Origin: Felis catus
Lineage: Eukaryota
Reading direction: 5' to 3'
DNA length: 64,000 bases
Assembly: GCF_018350175.1 (NCBI RefSeq)
Contig: NC_058383.1
Span: 21,826,001-21,890,000 of the forward strand
Positions within the stretch are counted from its first letter, which is position 1. Every line of letters starts with the position of its first letter. The notes beneath the pieces were generated by a model. That model saw nothing but the letters and a program-made list of their open reading frames with translations, ran no database searches and was not told where the DNA came from. The position numbers and the translations under genes are program-made. Positions 38,464-48,381 of the stretch are shown here, piece after piece.

Positions 38464-41400
38464 GAGAAACCTAAATAAGCATAAAATAAACTGCTTCTTA
38501 TAAGTGTAATACAGACATGCCAGGGAACACACAAGGCTAAAAGAATGTTAACTTTATTTATGAACATGTGATTTGTGTTTATACACATGCTAATAAACAA
38601 AAAGGAAATAACTGTTTTCAAGAAATAAAACTTCATCTGAATTAGTTTAAATACTATATAAAAATACTTTATACAAAACGTGTTACATTAACCACTACAG
38701 TCACCAGGATAGTCACTCTGATTTGTGCTAGCATTTGGATACATAAAATCAGTTTTAAACCAATCACCAGCAAAACAGAAACTTGGACAGTTTGTTTGTT
38801 GTTTTTTTTTTTTGTTTTTTTTTTTTACAGCATTATGCTTTAAAAACCAAAAAAAACCAAAAAACCAAAAACAAAACAAAAACCACCAAAAAACAAAAAC
38901 AAACCCAAAAAACAAAAAAATTAAACAAAACAACAACAACAAAAAAACCCCAAAACAAAAAAAAGCCCATATACCCCAGAGGGTGGGGAAAAAAACCCAA
39001 ATCTCTAAATTTTGATCTTCGAATCACTGTATTTAGTTCCATGAGAACTAAAGGCCATATATTTTAGAGAACAAGTCCAAAGTTCAGATATTCTATATTA
39101 TCATGTTTAAGATGCGATGATCCAAGGTTAGTGAAATGCCTGATACACAATTAAAGATCAGTAGTATTTAAAAAGGATAAAGTGAAACAGCAAGCAGTAT
39201 CCTTGAATTCTAAAATGAAGATTTCAGACATCTCGTATTGTGTACAAATCAAGCCTGAGCAGTAAAATGTTTAGAGAACCATCAAGTTTACAGAACTCCG
39301 TTACTACAGACCTACTTTCTGAAACACATTTCACCTCACAACTTAGGTATTTCCACTACCTTTTACTTAAGACCTTCAAGTCAACATGGTGTCGTACTTT
39401 AGCTATGATAATAAAAATTAAGATGTTATTCCACTTAAGGGGAGTTATCTTTGATAAGCTACAGCTTTCAATTAGCTTATAATTAATGCAGCATTTTAAT
39501 ATCTTATAAGAGGGAAATATTTTATTTTGGAGAACTAAACAGGCTAGAACTGGAAGACCTTGTATTAAAGTTTGAAAACAATGTACTGAATTGTAGAAAT
39601 CATCATTGAGATGTTTATGTACTCAGGGGGCCCAAATTTCAGGTCTCACTTTTATAGTACAGATATCAACAAAGAATAAAAGCTTGAAATTGCCAAATAA
39701 AGCAAAACTGAATAATAAAGCTGCATCAAAAGTCTTTGGAAAGCTTTTTTCTATAGGTGTCTGAACTTGGAGAAAGCATCAAACTTTCATATTAGTTTTG
39801 CATGTTGCTAATGCATTTTTTAAAGCCATCAATTAGGCAGAAAAAAAAAACTAACAAAAACTAAGTGATACAACGTGAAAAATGGCAAAATATACACTCC
39901 AAACATTTTTTTATTGCAAGAAACAAAAAGCACACAACAGCCTGTACATACATACAAAATACTAACTATAGACAGACAGATGTAGAACATGTTATCATGT
40001 TCATTAGTGTAAAACCTACATGATCTAAAAAGAATCATACATTAACTGTACAACACAGTGTCATACAGGGAGAATGCTATCATATTTAATATGAAACAGC
40101 GTTTTTTGGGGGGCACAAATTACCCATTTCTACAAAATAAGTCTGCAAATTATGCCACATATATCCATATTCAACTGAGCTGTCATCAAAATACATTTTA
40201 TTTACAATATGTACTATGATCAGTTGGATATTAAGTTCTAAATGATTCACTTCACTGCTACATTATAAAGGTAAAAGCAATGTGTAGAAAAAGTGTGAGA
40301 TTGTGTTTTTACATACTGCTTTTGAAGTTCCCATCACTGGTTCAGTTCGACTTCTAAAAAATAAACAAAAACAAAAACAACATTAATTATGAGTTGTTAT
40401 TTATGAATTGTGCTAAAACATCTCAACACATATGTCTAATTACATGTCTTTATGAACACAATTTTCCTTTGTACAAACATTTAAAAACAGCCAATTTCCA
40501 AAGTAATAAATACACTACTTTGATTAATCTTTAGTACCTTTAAACAGCTTAAGACATACCTGCGACAAAAACAAAACAAAAAACAAAACAACTTGGTACA
40601 GAGGAATTCTAGAATAGGCGTATCAAGAGTAATAAATACATTACTTAGGTTAATCTTTACCACCTTTAAACAATTTAAGACAGATCTGCAGGAAAAAAAA
40701 AATTCCATACCAAGGAATTCTAGAATACGTGAAAACAATAAACGTTTTCTCAAAGGTAGCATGAAGATCTTGTTAAGAAACTTTGTAGTTATTTAACAGA
40801 CTGAACAACCACATTATATCATTCCCCAGTTTTTTTTAATAGGTAACAAATGTAAACTTTCACACATCAGATCTTCTTGAAAGAAGACCACTGGTAACAT
40901 TTATACTTTGGATCCCTGAGAAATTGCTGTGCTCCAAAAACTAAATGTCAAATCCAGAAAAACAGGTTGATAGTTACTTTAATTTTTTAAAAAGTCTCAA
41001 AACAATGACCAAAGTTAAACAAGAATTCTAAGTTTCAGAAAAACGCAACATACTCTGACACTATTTTAGTTCAAAGAACGAGTCTGATGGTTATGAAGAA
41101 ATGAACAGATTGATTTTTTCAAGTACATAACAAATAAAGCCTAAGAAGAAATTCTTAAAAGTCCACACAGGAAAGGGGATGGGGGTTGAGCTTCTAAATA
41201 CAATGCTCAAATGCTTTGTTGAAGTTTATGCTGTCCTGACTACAGAGAAATGTGAGGGAACATTTGAAAGGAGTTTCTAAGTTTGCATGTAATTTGGAAG
41301 TCCTGAGATAAAAATGAAGCTTTCCTTTTCTCAACAAACTTAGAGCCATTTTATAAGGCAAATATATTACAAAGGCAACCTCACACACAGTGAATTAACA

Positions 41401-41467
41401 AGCAATTCTGTAAGAGGCAACTTATTTTCCCATGTACTTCAAGTAATTCTCTAAGTTTCTTAGTATC

Positions 41468-41502
<35 letters not shown>

Positions 41503-44500
41503 ACTGAAAACTACGCGTTTACTGTTTTTAAAAAGCACTTAGTAAATTAAAATGTAATTTCACAACAAATTCTAGGAATTACTTCCTTATAATTTCTTAA
41601 AATTACACAGCTAAAAGCACACAGTTCACTTGGTAATTACAAGAAAAACAAAGTATTCAGGTTTTAAAACTGTTACTACACAGAAGGTATTACACAAAAG
41701 ATCTCAATGCTGGGATATGGAGTATATAACTTTATAGCAAACTAATGACCGTCTTAGAATGAGTGTTTGCCCCTACAAGGTAAAGCTCCAAGAAATAACT
41801 GTTTTACCTCAATTCCAAGAACACATTCCATTTCCGAGGACTGGGAAATTCCAGAATTTTTCACTGGCCAAAAGTAGAATTTGCCAGAATTTCAAATCAC
41901 TACTTTTCACATTAGCATAATTCTATCACCATTAAAATTACAAGAAAGCAGGGACTAAGTGTGAATCCTGCTCCTTTCCCGAATTTCTTAAACTCTAGCC
42001 TAGTGCTAAGATACTGCAGTGTTCTTACTCCAATAATGGGCATCTACCACACGCCAGGCGCTGTTCAATTCTTACAGCTTTCCTCTGGAGGGAAGTACTC
42101 ATATCCCTATATTATTTTGAGGAATCTATTTTGAGGCTTTAGGGAACTTACCCAAAGTCACACAACTGGTGTGAAGCAGCAACTGGAGTCAAACCTAAGC
42201 CTGATTCCAGTCTGTGCTAATAAATCCTATACTCAACAGCCTCCCCACAAAAGCCCCTTGTTGAGAAGCAAATGTATTACTGATGCTGTCAAAATATTTA
42301 AGACAAATCTCTCAACACACTTATATATACATATATGTATACATATGTATATATATCTGTGTAGTGAAAGAACAGTCAGAAATAAAAGTGTGCCAATAAA
42401 AAACAAAAGGGTATGTATGCAAATACTTATTCACCGATTTGAGCATCATTTTGTCTCTGTAAATATTACAAAGCAAAAAAATTGTTCTCGATAGCTCTTA
42501 CCACTAACTACAGGTTAACTGGGGGAAGAGATAGAAATAACAAACCCATCCTCACCATTTTAAGGATTAAGAAGATATACTTATTAGGGTAAAGTAATGA
42601 GTTCAGTTCTAAAATACTTGTTCTTCCTCACAAAATAAAAAAGTATTTTGAGGACTTAAATACATGAGATTTGATAAACACTCACATAACATATGTCTTG
42701 CTTGTAGATTTAACACCTCCAATAGGAATTCTTCTAACAATTACAGATGAATTCTTAGGAATTAGAGCATTATCATCAGTATATTCTGTAAAAAAGATAA
42801 AGAGTTGAATTTCTATTTGGCGATTTGGGTAAGTCAGTCCTCAAGAATTAGAAAACTTCAACCAAAGACAAATTTTACGGAAAAGGAATTTAAATTTAAG
42901 AGAGCATGTTCCTTTCCTCTAGAATACTGATAATGTCAGAACAAATATCCGCATCCATAAGGAGGTTCTCTTCAAAGGACACCAAATACTGCCAGCAGGT
43001 TCTTGGCTCTGGTGCCTCTACTTCTATGGAACCCCAAATCTCAGTAAGACTAAGTCATTCTCCACTTTAACCAATAACGCTAAACATCTGATCTATGAGA
43101 AAAAATATGTAATTTAAATGAAGACATTCTGTCTCTCCTAGCCCCTCAACATGAGTATTACAAAAGAAATTATGCCATGTTTTGAATAGAGGAAAAGGGT
43201 TTTATAAAAAGAATTAGTAGTGGGATGCAACTTTGCATAAAATGTTGATTCAAGGCCTCTCTAGGAACTGATGCTTGAGATTTAAAGACTGAGAAGCCAG
43301 ACAGATGTGCAAAAAAGATGGACAGAGTGTTTAAAGACAGAAAGAAAAGCAGGTGAAAAAAAAAATCATTAAAAGGCCAGCATAGCTGGAAGATAATGAA
43401 AAGAATGACTTGACCTACAGTTAGAAAGTACAGGTCACATATTCATTTATATTTTGTTTCTAAGTACAACAGGAAGTCATTGAAGGATTTTAAACAAAAA
43501 TGACAATGATTTACACTAAAAAACAAACAAACAAAAAAGATAACTCTGGTATCTATGTGGAAAATGAACCCATAAGGGAACAAGAGTAGAAACAGGGTGA
43601 CTAATGAGGAGGCTGCTGCGAAGTCCCAGTAAGAGATGATGGTCTGTGCTGGGTTGTGACAGGTGAAGACATGGAAATCAGAATGTTCTGAGGTAGAACT
43701 GATAAGGCAATCAATGGATTTAATTGGGGGGGAGGGGAGAAGATGAAGGAAAAAGAGCAATAAGGCATAAGTAACTGAGTTCCTGGCTTAAGCAACTGGA
43801 AGAACAGTGATGTCACTTTCTGAGAAGAAAACAGGGAGGATGAATGGATCCTATTTTCTACTCTTTTAATTCTCTATTACTTGCAATACTTCTGGAAGAA
43901 TGAAATTAAAAGAGAAACTGGACCAATTAATTTAACTATGGGTAAAAAGATTTCCTGAGGAAGGGATTTGTAAAATTACCAAAAAGAAAAATAACCCACC
44001 ACAGAGAGACAGATGCAAGAATGTACCCATCTCCCTAAATCACACATTCAGGCATTAGGGTTCATCCTTAAGATTACAGAGTTGACTTGCAGTGGCCGAC
44101 TACCTCTGTTCTTCCAGTTATTTCAATTTATCACACATACAAGCATTTTAAGCTTATATATATTTATGGGGGTGTGTGTGTGTGTGTGTGTGTGTGTGTA
44201 CACACACACACATATAATTAATTTTAATCACAACACTATTAGTTATTTCCTGTTACAAACTAAATTGTTCAAGAAAGGGTTGTTTTCAGTATATTTCAAG
44301 TAGCAAACTGTATGTGATGCAATTTCCCAGATTCAGGCATACCATGAGAGGACTATCATCATTGCTTTGATAGTTCATGATAGTCCCAAATTTCCAGCAA
44401 GCTCTGAGTAAGAAAAATTGGAAGATGGGGGATGTTCAAAAAGTAAATTCTAGAAAAAAAAAATACTTGACAACAAGTTTCTAAACACATAACAAAAGCA

Positions 44501-47500
44501 TTCACTGTAGCTTTCCACCACAATTTATTAATCTGATCGGCACAATACTGTGTCAGACTAAAAGTCAGGTGCCCCTACACCAGATTTGACCTTTTAAGTA
44601 CCTGAATTACACTGGTGACTTCCTACCCTTAAAATACCTTGCTAAGTAGCCTGTTAGGTTCAAAAGACCTTTTCCAGGTGCCAAAGTAATTTCTGACCCA
44701 AAAATATAAAGACCATGGATTTCGGAATGAAAAACACGATGAATCTGAGAAATGGATAAAGATAATAAGAGTCTTTTAAAAATACTTCATTCTCAGCTTT
44801 CAAATCTTTCACACTCAGTTCAGAATGAAGGTTTGTTTTGTTTTGGAGGGGGGAAACTGAAACACAGAAAAACAATGGGAAAGCTATAAAAAATATATAG
44901 GAAGGATCATTTAGGATTTGTTTTGAAATATAGTCTACAGATAAAGGAGCAAGACTCTTAAATCTGTATTATGAAATTCTGATCCAAGCATTTTGGTCTC
45001 ATCAGATTTAAGGGTCCTAAACATGGCCAGATTTCCAAACCTCTAAGGAGTGTTTTACAGAAATGTGATACACTGGGTAATTTAAACATTAATTCAAACA
45101 AATTAAAGTGATCCAGTTCAGCATCCTCTCCTGGGCAATCTCCTAACTATGAGGCTATAAACATTAATTCTGTACTCTCTTAATTCACTGGATGGTGCTA
45201 AAACCCAACCCATTCTTACTCAACTGCCTGTGACACTGGATGTTATTTCCCATAAAACTCATTAAGTGACTACCCTCCGCACTACTATCAATGATATCTT
45301 TTCCACCCCTAATCTGAGGATTGAACAAAATGCACATGCTCTCACCCCAGAAGCTCCCTCTCTTAACCAATGTAACATCAAAGCTTTCTCCAGTAAGGAC
45401 AGTTCACATAAATATATAAAAGAAAATAAGCTGCTAGGCAGAACACTTCCCTGGTTTTCAGGGTTTGTAAAAATAATACATCATATAATGTGCTGGCTTA
45501 GGAAAAAATGTAACAATGCCACAAAACCCTTAGATTTTTGACAAGAATTCCATCAACTCTTACTCCAATCTAACAAAGTTGTATTCAATTATTAGGTGGA
45601 GAAGATGGACAAAGTCAAGTTCCAAATGATGAAATCATTTAATACTCCAGTAAAAGACAAAACTTGCCTAGCATATGATTAAAATTGTCTTTGTATTCTT
45701 TACTTTCATTTATATTCTTTCCTCCTACTTACAAGTATTATTAACATATCAATATATCCTGAAAGTCTCATAAATCCATCTGTTCTGTGAAGTGTGACAA
45801 TACTTAAAGGACACTTTTGGTGGCCTTAAAAAGTATTTTTAAGGTATTTTCTTGAATACTAGTTTAAAACAGATGTTTCTCAACTGTTCATGATGATCAG
45901 CAATTTTTCCTTTCCTTAAGTAGAGGATTCTACACATAATTACAATTACCAAAGTTTCACGTGCAGAATCCCTTAGGATGCTTTAAAAGGGGGAGGGGAG
46001 CGGAGAATATTTTTTTAGATGTTACCATGTGAGTAAATAAAGTTCTTCCTTAATAAATATTTTTGAGTCATGCCAGTAGTGCCATTCCTTAACATAACAC
46101 AATTATACTTATGCCTGGATATAAATGGAAAACAGCTCTTATACATGACAAGATGTGCTCTATTAAAAACAATAGGCTAGAGACGCCTGGCTGGCTCAGT
46201 TGGTGGAGCCTGCAGGACTCTGGATCTGGAAGTTGTGAGTTCGAGCCCCATGTTGCGCACAGAGATTAAAAATAAAATCTCAAAAACCCCAAACTCGTAT
46301 AGGCTAGAAGTGAGGGACCCCCCCAATTTCAACTAAAAGAACACAGGTCACACCTTAAGCCAAAGTTGGTGATTAAAAAAAACTCAGTGATCAATAAAAG
46401 ACCCTAAACCTAATTAGAACTTCACATTATTTCCTCTCATCCCATTAATAAAACTCAAAAGACTGACCTACTGAAAACTACCCATCAGCATTACAGTACC
46501 GAGAAAAGAAGCCAAAACAAACGCAGAGCCATAATCTGAAAAGCCAGTTTATCACACTGTCATATCCAATGTTAAATTCTCAACATTATAAAATGCTTTT
46601 AAAAAGGATAAAGAACTTAAAGATTCCAATCAGTGGCTTGTTTGAAACTCATGCGGCAGCAGCCTACTACTTTCTGTACCCTAGTAACAATAAAATCATG
46701 TAAAGTCTAGCAATTACTCCTTTAAAAAAGAAAACCCTTTACTTTTAATCCTTACTAAACTGCTGAATTTTAAGATTACCGTGATGAATTAAGAGTTCAA
46801 CCACTTAATTACTAATTCTGCAATTTACACACAAAAGTGGTGACATCAGAACATATCAAGTTCCAAAAGCAATTCCAAAAACATTCAAGACAGGCTGGAT
46901 TAATTCCTCAAAAAATATTTAAGTGAAGGTCCCTTCTCCACGACACAGGCAACTCCAAAATAAAAATAAATTAAGTACACAAAAACAGGAAGAAAAGGAG
47001 TACAGAAAACTTGCCACTGAACCCCAAACCGCTGTCAGATTACAAAGTTAGAGAAGTATCTCTACGCTGCTTTAACAAAAAAGAAGCCTGCAATATGCTC
47101 TCCTCCCCTCCTTCCGAGAAAAAAGCAAGTTGGAAAACGCCACAAGGCACAAGCACCCCAAGAACCTGAATGTAGCACCCCAAGAACCTGGCTGTAACAC
47201 CCCTGGGCCTCTCCCACCCCAATCTTCATTTTAAATAACATTTGAGAAGGATAATCAGACTTCCACGTTTTTGGATTAGCCAGTTACCGATGCTCCCAAG
47301 AACGCAGAAATCAAACAACCCAGTTCAACTCCCAGGCCGACTGCAGCAACCCTCGGGTCTCCATGAAAGTTGTTCCAAAAGTACTAGAATGAACAGTCCC
47401 ACAGGAGACGTAATGGCGGTTAGTCTCCTGCCAGGTCCTCGCACAACCGGTATCTATCTTCAACCAGCAAATATCTGGAGCCCATGTGGCCCTTACCTTC

Positions 47501-47662
47501 TTTCGTCTGCGCGTTGGTGATCTGCAGGTCGCAGTCGGCAGCTTTCAACTTCTCTCTCCCCATAATCTGCTTCTTTAAATCGCAGAGGGAGATGTGGAGC
47601 CCATCAAAGGTGACGGTATCATAGTTGAGTTTAGAGGAAAATTTATAATGCACACAGGACAT
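16990..47662 (-). CDS. RBBP6: RBBP6 E3 ubiquitin ligase / 3'-end processing factor, full-length spliced CDS (18 exons, 1792 aa)
   Basis: N-terminus MSCVHYKFSSKLNYDTVTFDGLHISLCDLKKQIMGREKLK (DWNN), CCHC zinc knuckle, RING, Pro-rich, RS and Lys-rich regions in the known order. Exon lengths 166+100+37+45+89+97+140+173+104+335+97+79+55+69+363+102+1758+1570 = 5379 nt; phases compatible; all introns GT..AG. Confidence 0.98.
18625..19232 (-). mobile_element. Two Can-SINEs in intron 17 (18625-18821, 19015-19232), sense to RBBP6
   Basis: Reverse SINE heads; first has TSD ctaaacactgataaata; second has (GA)n. Confidence 0.88.
19344..21101 (-). CDS. RBBP6: RBBP6 exon 17 (RS region, Rb-binding region)
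   Basis: Within ORF 19253..21118: SKSPYSGSSYSRSS..RSRSRS..STLVDYT; acceptor ttttag, donor AAG|GTATCT; 1758 nt. Confidence 0.96.
21952..22053 (-). CDS. RBBP6: RBBP6 exon 16 (102-nt symmetric cassette, skipped in isoform-2-type mRNA)
   Basis: EKKKSKLDEFTNDFAKELMEYKKIQKERRRSFS; phase 2-2; donor CAG|GTTAGT. Confidence 0.94.
22344..22706 (-). CDS. RBBP6: RBBP6 exon 15 (Pro-rich)
   Basis: SINRGRHHSERSQ...VPPPPLYPPPP...EEFYREQRRLKE; donor GTGAGT; 363 nt. Confidence 0.96.
24390..24458 (-). CDS. RBBP6: RBBP6 exon 14
   Basis: SNKLGYLVSPPQQIRRGERSCYR; donor GTATGC; 69 nt. Confidence 0.94.
25785..25839 (-). CDS. RBBP6: RBBP6 exon 13
   Basis: GPVRINTARPGGGRPGWEH; 55 nt. Confidence 0.95.
25942..26020 (-). 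CDS. RBBP6: RBBP6 exon 12
   Basis: GYQVPVLGTPSLLGQSLLHGQLIPTT; donor GTGAGT; 79 nt. Confidence 0.95.
26151..26247 (-). CDS. RBBP6: RBBP6 exon 11
   Basis: DSDNKILPAAALASEHSKGTSSIAITALMEEK; 97 nt. Confidence 0.95.
27502..27836 (-). CDS. RBBP6: RBBP6 exon 10 (Pro-rich)
   Basis: AVNNFKNETGYTKRLRKQLPPPPPPIPPPR...EKPDGPFR; donor GTAAGT; 335 nt. Confidence 0.96.
27951..28054 (-). CDS. RBBP6: RBBP6 exon 9 (RING C-half)
   Basis: CIRTALLESDDHTCPTCHQNDVSPDALIANKFLRQ; 104 nt. Confidence 0.97.
29748..29920 (-). CDS. RBBP6: RBBP6 exon 8 (RING N-half)
   Basis: EAYAIGKKEKPPF...DELLCLICKDIMTDAVVIPCCGNSYCDE; 173 nt. Confidence 0.97.
32790..32929 (-). CDS. RBBP6: RBBP6 exon 7
   Basis: DKNFESGPRIKKSTGIPRSFMMEVKDPNMKGAMLTNTGKYAIPTIDA; donor GTAAGT; 140 nt. 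Confidence 0.96.
32995..33230 (-). mobile_element. MIR
   Basis: atctcatttaaacctcgcaacagccatgcgagg...gcccaagctcagtc...ggatctgaagcctggc resembles the reverse MIR core. Confidence 0.7.
33330..33426 (-). CDS. RBBP6: RBBP6 exon 6 (CCHC zinc knuckle)
   Basis: YMKKPLGPPPPSYTCFRCGKPGHYIKNCPTNG = CX2CX4HX4C; 97 nt. Confidence 0.97.
33540..33628 (-). CDS. RBBP6: RBBP6 exon 5
   Basis: TANLAEANASEEDKIKAMMSQSGHEYDPIN; donor GTAAGT; 89 nt. Confidence 0.96.
34312..34317 (-). terminator. Candidate intron-4 poly(A) signal
   Basis: TGTATATAAAATTACAATAAAA followed by CTGGTTGCTTGTTTTGTGG. Confidence 0.45.
35717..35761 (-). CDS. RBBP6: RBBP6 exon 4
   Basis: IDDSSASISLAQLTK; donor AAG|GTATAT; 45 nt. Confidence 0.95.
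36606..36626. repeat. (AC)n microsatellite
   Basis: Read directly. Confidence 0.9.
38785..38965 (-). repeat. Low-complexity A/C-rich tract (U/GU-rich in the RBBP6 transcript)
   Basis: Runs of (A)nC over about 140 nt, preceded by a T-rich run. Confidence 0.85.
39910..39915 (-). terminator. Intronic poly(A) signal of DWNN-only isoform (stronger context)
   Basis: AATAAA with upstream TGTATGTATGTACA (UGUA repeats) and downstream U/GU-rich tract. Confidence 0.65.
40197..40202 (-). terminator. Proximal intronic poly(A) signal of DWNN-only isoform
   Basis: AATAAA about 60 nt after the TAA at 40263. Confidence 0.6.
40263..40316 (-). CDS. RBBP6: Exon 3 read-through tail of the DWNN-only short isoform (118 aa, isoform-3 type)
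   Basis: Unspliced continuation VCKNTISHFFYTLLLPL-TAA; 101+17 = 118 aa, matching the known short RBBP6 isoform; AATAAA signals follow. Confidence 0.9.
   Translation of the reverse strand, partial: VCKNTISHFFYTLLLPL
40317..40353 (-). CDS. RBBP6: RBBP6 exon 3
   Basis: tttttag|A AGT CGA..; SRTEPVMGTSKA; donor GTATGT; 37 nt. Confidence 0.95.
41469..41499. repeat. A31 homopolymer
   Basis: Read directly. Confidence 0.9.
42686..42785 (-). CDS. RBBP6: RBBP6 exon 2 (DWNN C-half)
   Basis: tttacag|AA TAT ACT GAT..; EYTDDNALIPKNSSVIVRRIPIGGVKSTSKTYVI; donor GTGAGT; 100 nt. Confidence 0.96.
43190..43850 (-). mobile_element. Degenerate LINE-2 fragment
   Basis: gaagtcattgaaggattttaaac..ggaggctgctgcgaagtcccagtaagagatgatggt..tcctggcttaagcaactgga resembles reverse L2 3' region. 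Confidence 0.65.
44172..44212. repeat. (GT)14-A-(CA)6 compound self-complementary microsatellite
   Basis: Read directly. Confidence 0.9.
46180..46285 (+). mobile_element. Short old Can-SINE in intron 1
   Basis: gacgcctggctggctcagttggtggagc head, A-rich tail, flanking taggctag duplication. Confidence 0.8.
47497..47662 (-). CDS. RBBP6: RBBP6 exon 1 coding part (DWNN N-half)
   Basis: gcaccATG at 47662; MSCVHY...NAQTKE; donor G|GTAAGG; 166 nt. Confidence 0.97.
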
Positions 47663-47867
47663 GGTGCCAAAGGATTCCTAAGGTTCAGCGAGGAGACGTG
47701 GACACTCTCAATATATGTATATTTATAAACTTAAGAGCAAAATATGTACACACAGAAACACTCAAAAGACACCGAAGGACCCTAAGGCCTGAGATTAAAT
47801 ACCCCCCAACCACAAGCAGGGGTTCGTAAAAACAATAATCCAGAACCGCCCCTCCCGACCCCGGTAC

Positions 47868-47882
47868 TCAGAAGCACTTCAT
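47868..47882 (-). other. uORF3 (MKCF*)
   Basis: cgtATGA weak context; ATG AAG TGC TTC TGA. Confidence 0.45.
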
Positions 47883-47944
47883 ACGGGAGGAAGCGGACGA
47901 GGACGGGGAAAAGGGAAATCGAGAATCCGCCAACGGGCACAATG

Positions 47945-47971
47945 TCACCCGGCTGGGTCCCCCTCGCTCAT
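47945..47971 (-). other. uORF2 (MSEGDPAG*)
   Basis: agcATGA; 8 codons + TGA. Confidence 0.5.
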
Positions 47972-48056
47972 GCTAAGGGCCGGCAGGAGACGGGGGGCAG
48001 GCGGTGCAGTCAGTAGCGGTCAGTCCACACGTTAGAGTCCGAATGACCCCGCGGGG

Positions 48057-48068
48057 TCAGGGGTCCAT
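48057..48068 (-). other. uORF1 (MDP*)
   Basis: gctATGG strong Kozak; ATG GAC CCC TGA. Confidence 0.55.
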
Positions 48069-48357
48069 AGCGCGGCCGCACCTCCCGGTTGTTCTCTCTT
48101 TCCGTGGATTGGGGTGACCCAGGCCCCGGGAGAAGGTTGGGGGAGAGGGCCTAGGCCCGGAGTCCACGAGCGGCCTCTCGCCTCCTCCTGGCTTCCGGAC
48201 GACCGGCGTCAGCTTCCCCAGGCCCAGGCCCCCCCACACACAAACCCCTGTCGCCTGCTCCCCGGAGGCCACGAGCGGCCCGCGGCCTAGGCCAAAAACG
48301 CGCGGTCGGCGGAGGAGAGGCCTTCTCGCAGGCCGCCCCCGGCTCCGCCTCCCCCCC

Positions 48358-48381
48358 GCCGCCGCCGCCGCCGCCGCCGCC
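48358..48381 (-). repeat. (GGC)8 trinucleotide repeat in putative 5'UTR
   Basis: (GCC)8 read directly on + strand. Confidence 0.95.

Noticed and set aside
38688..39067. Lys/Asn/Gln-rich and Phe-rich ORFs
   Set aside because: Translations of a low-complexity A/C tract
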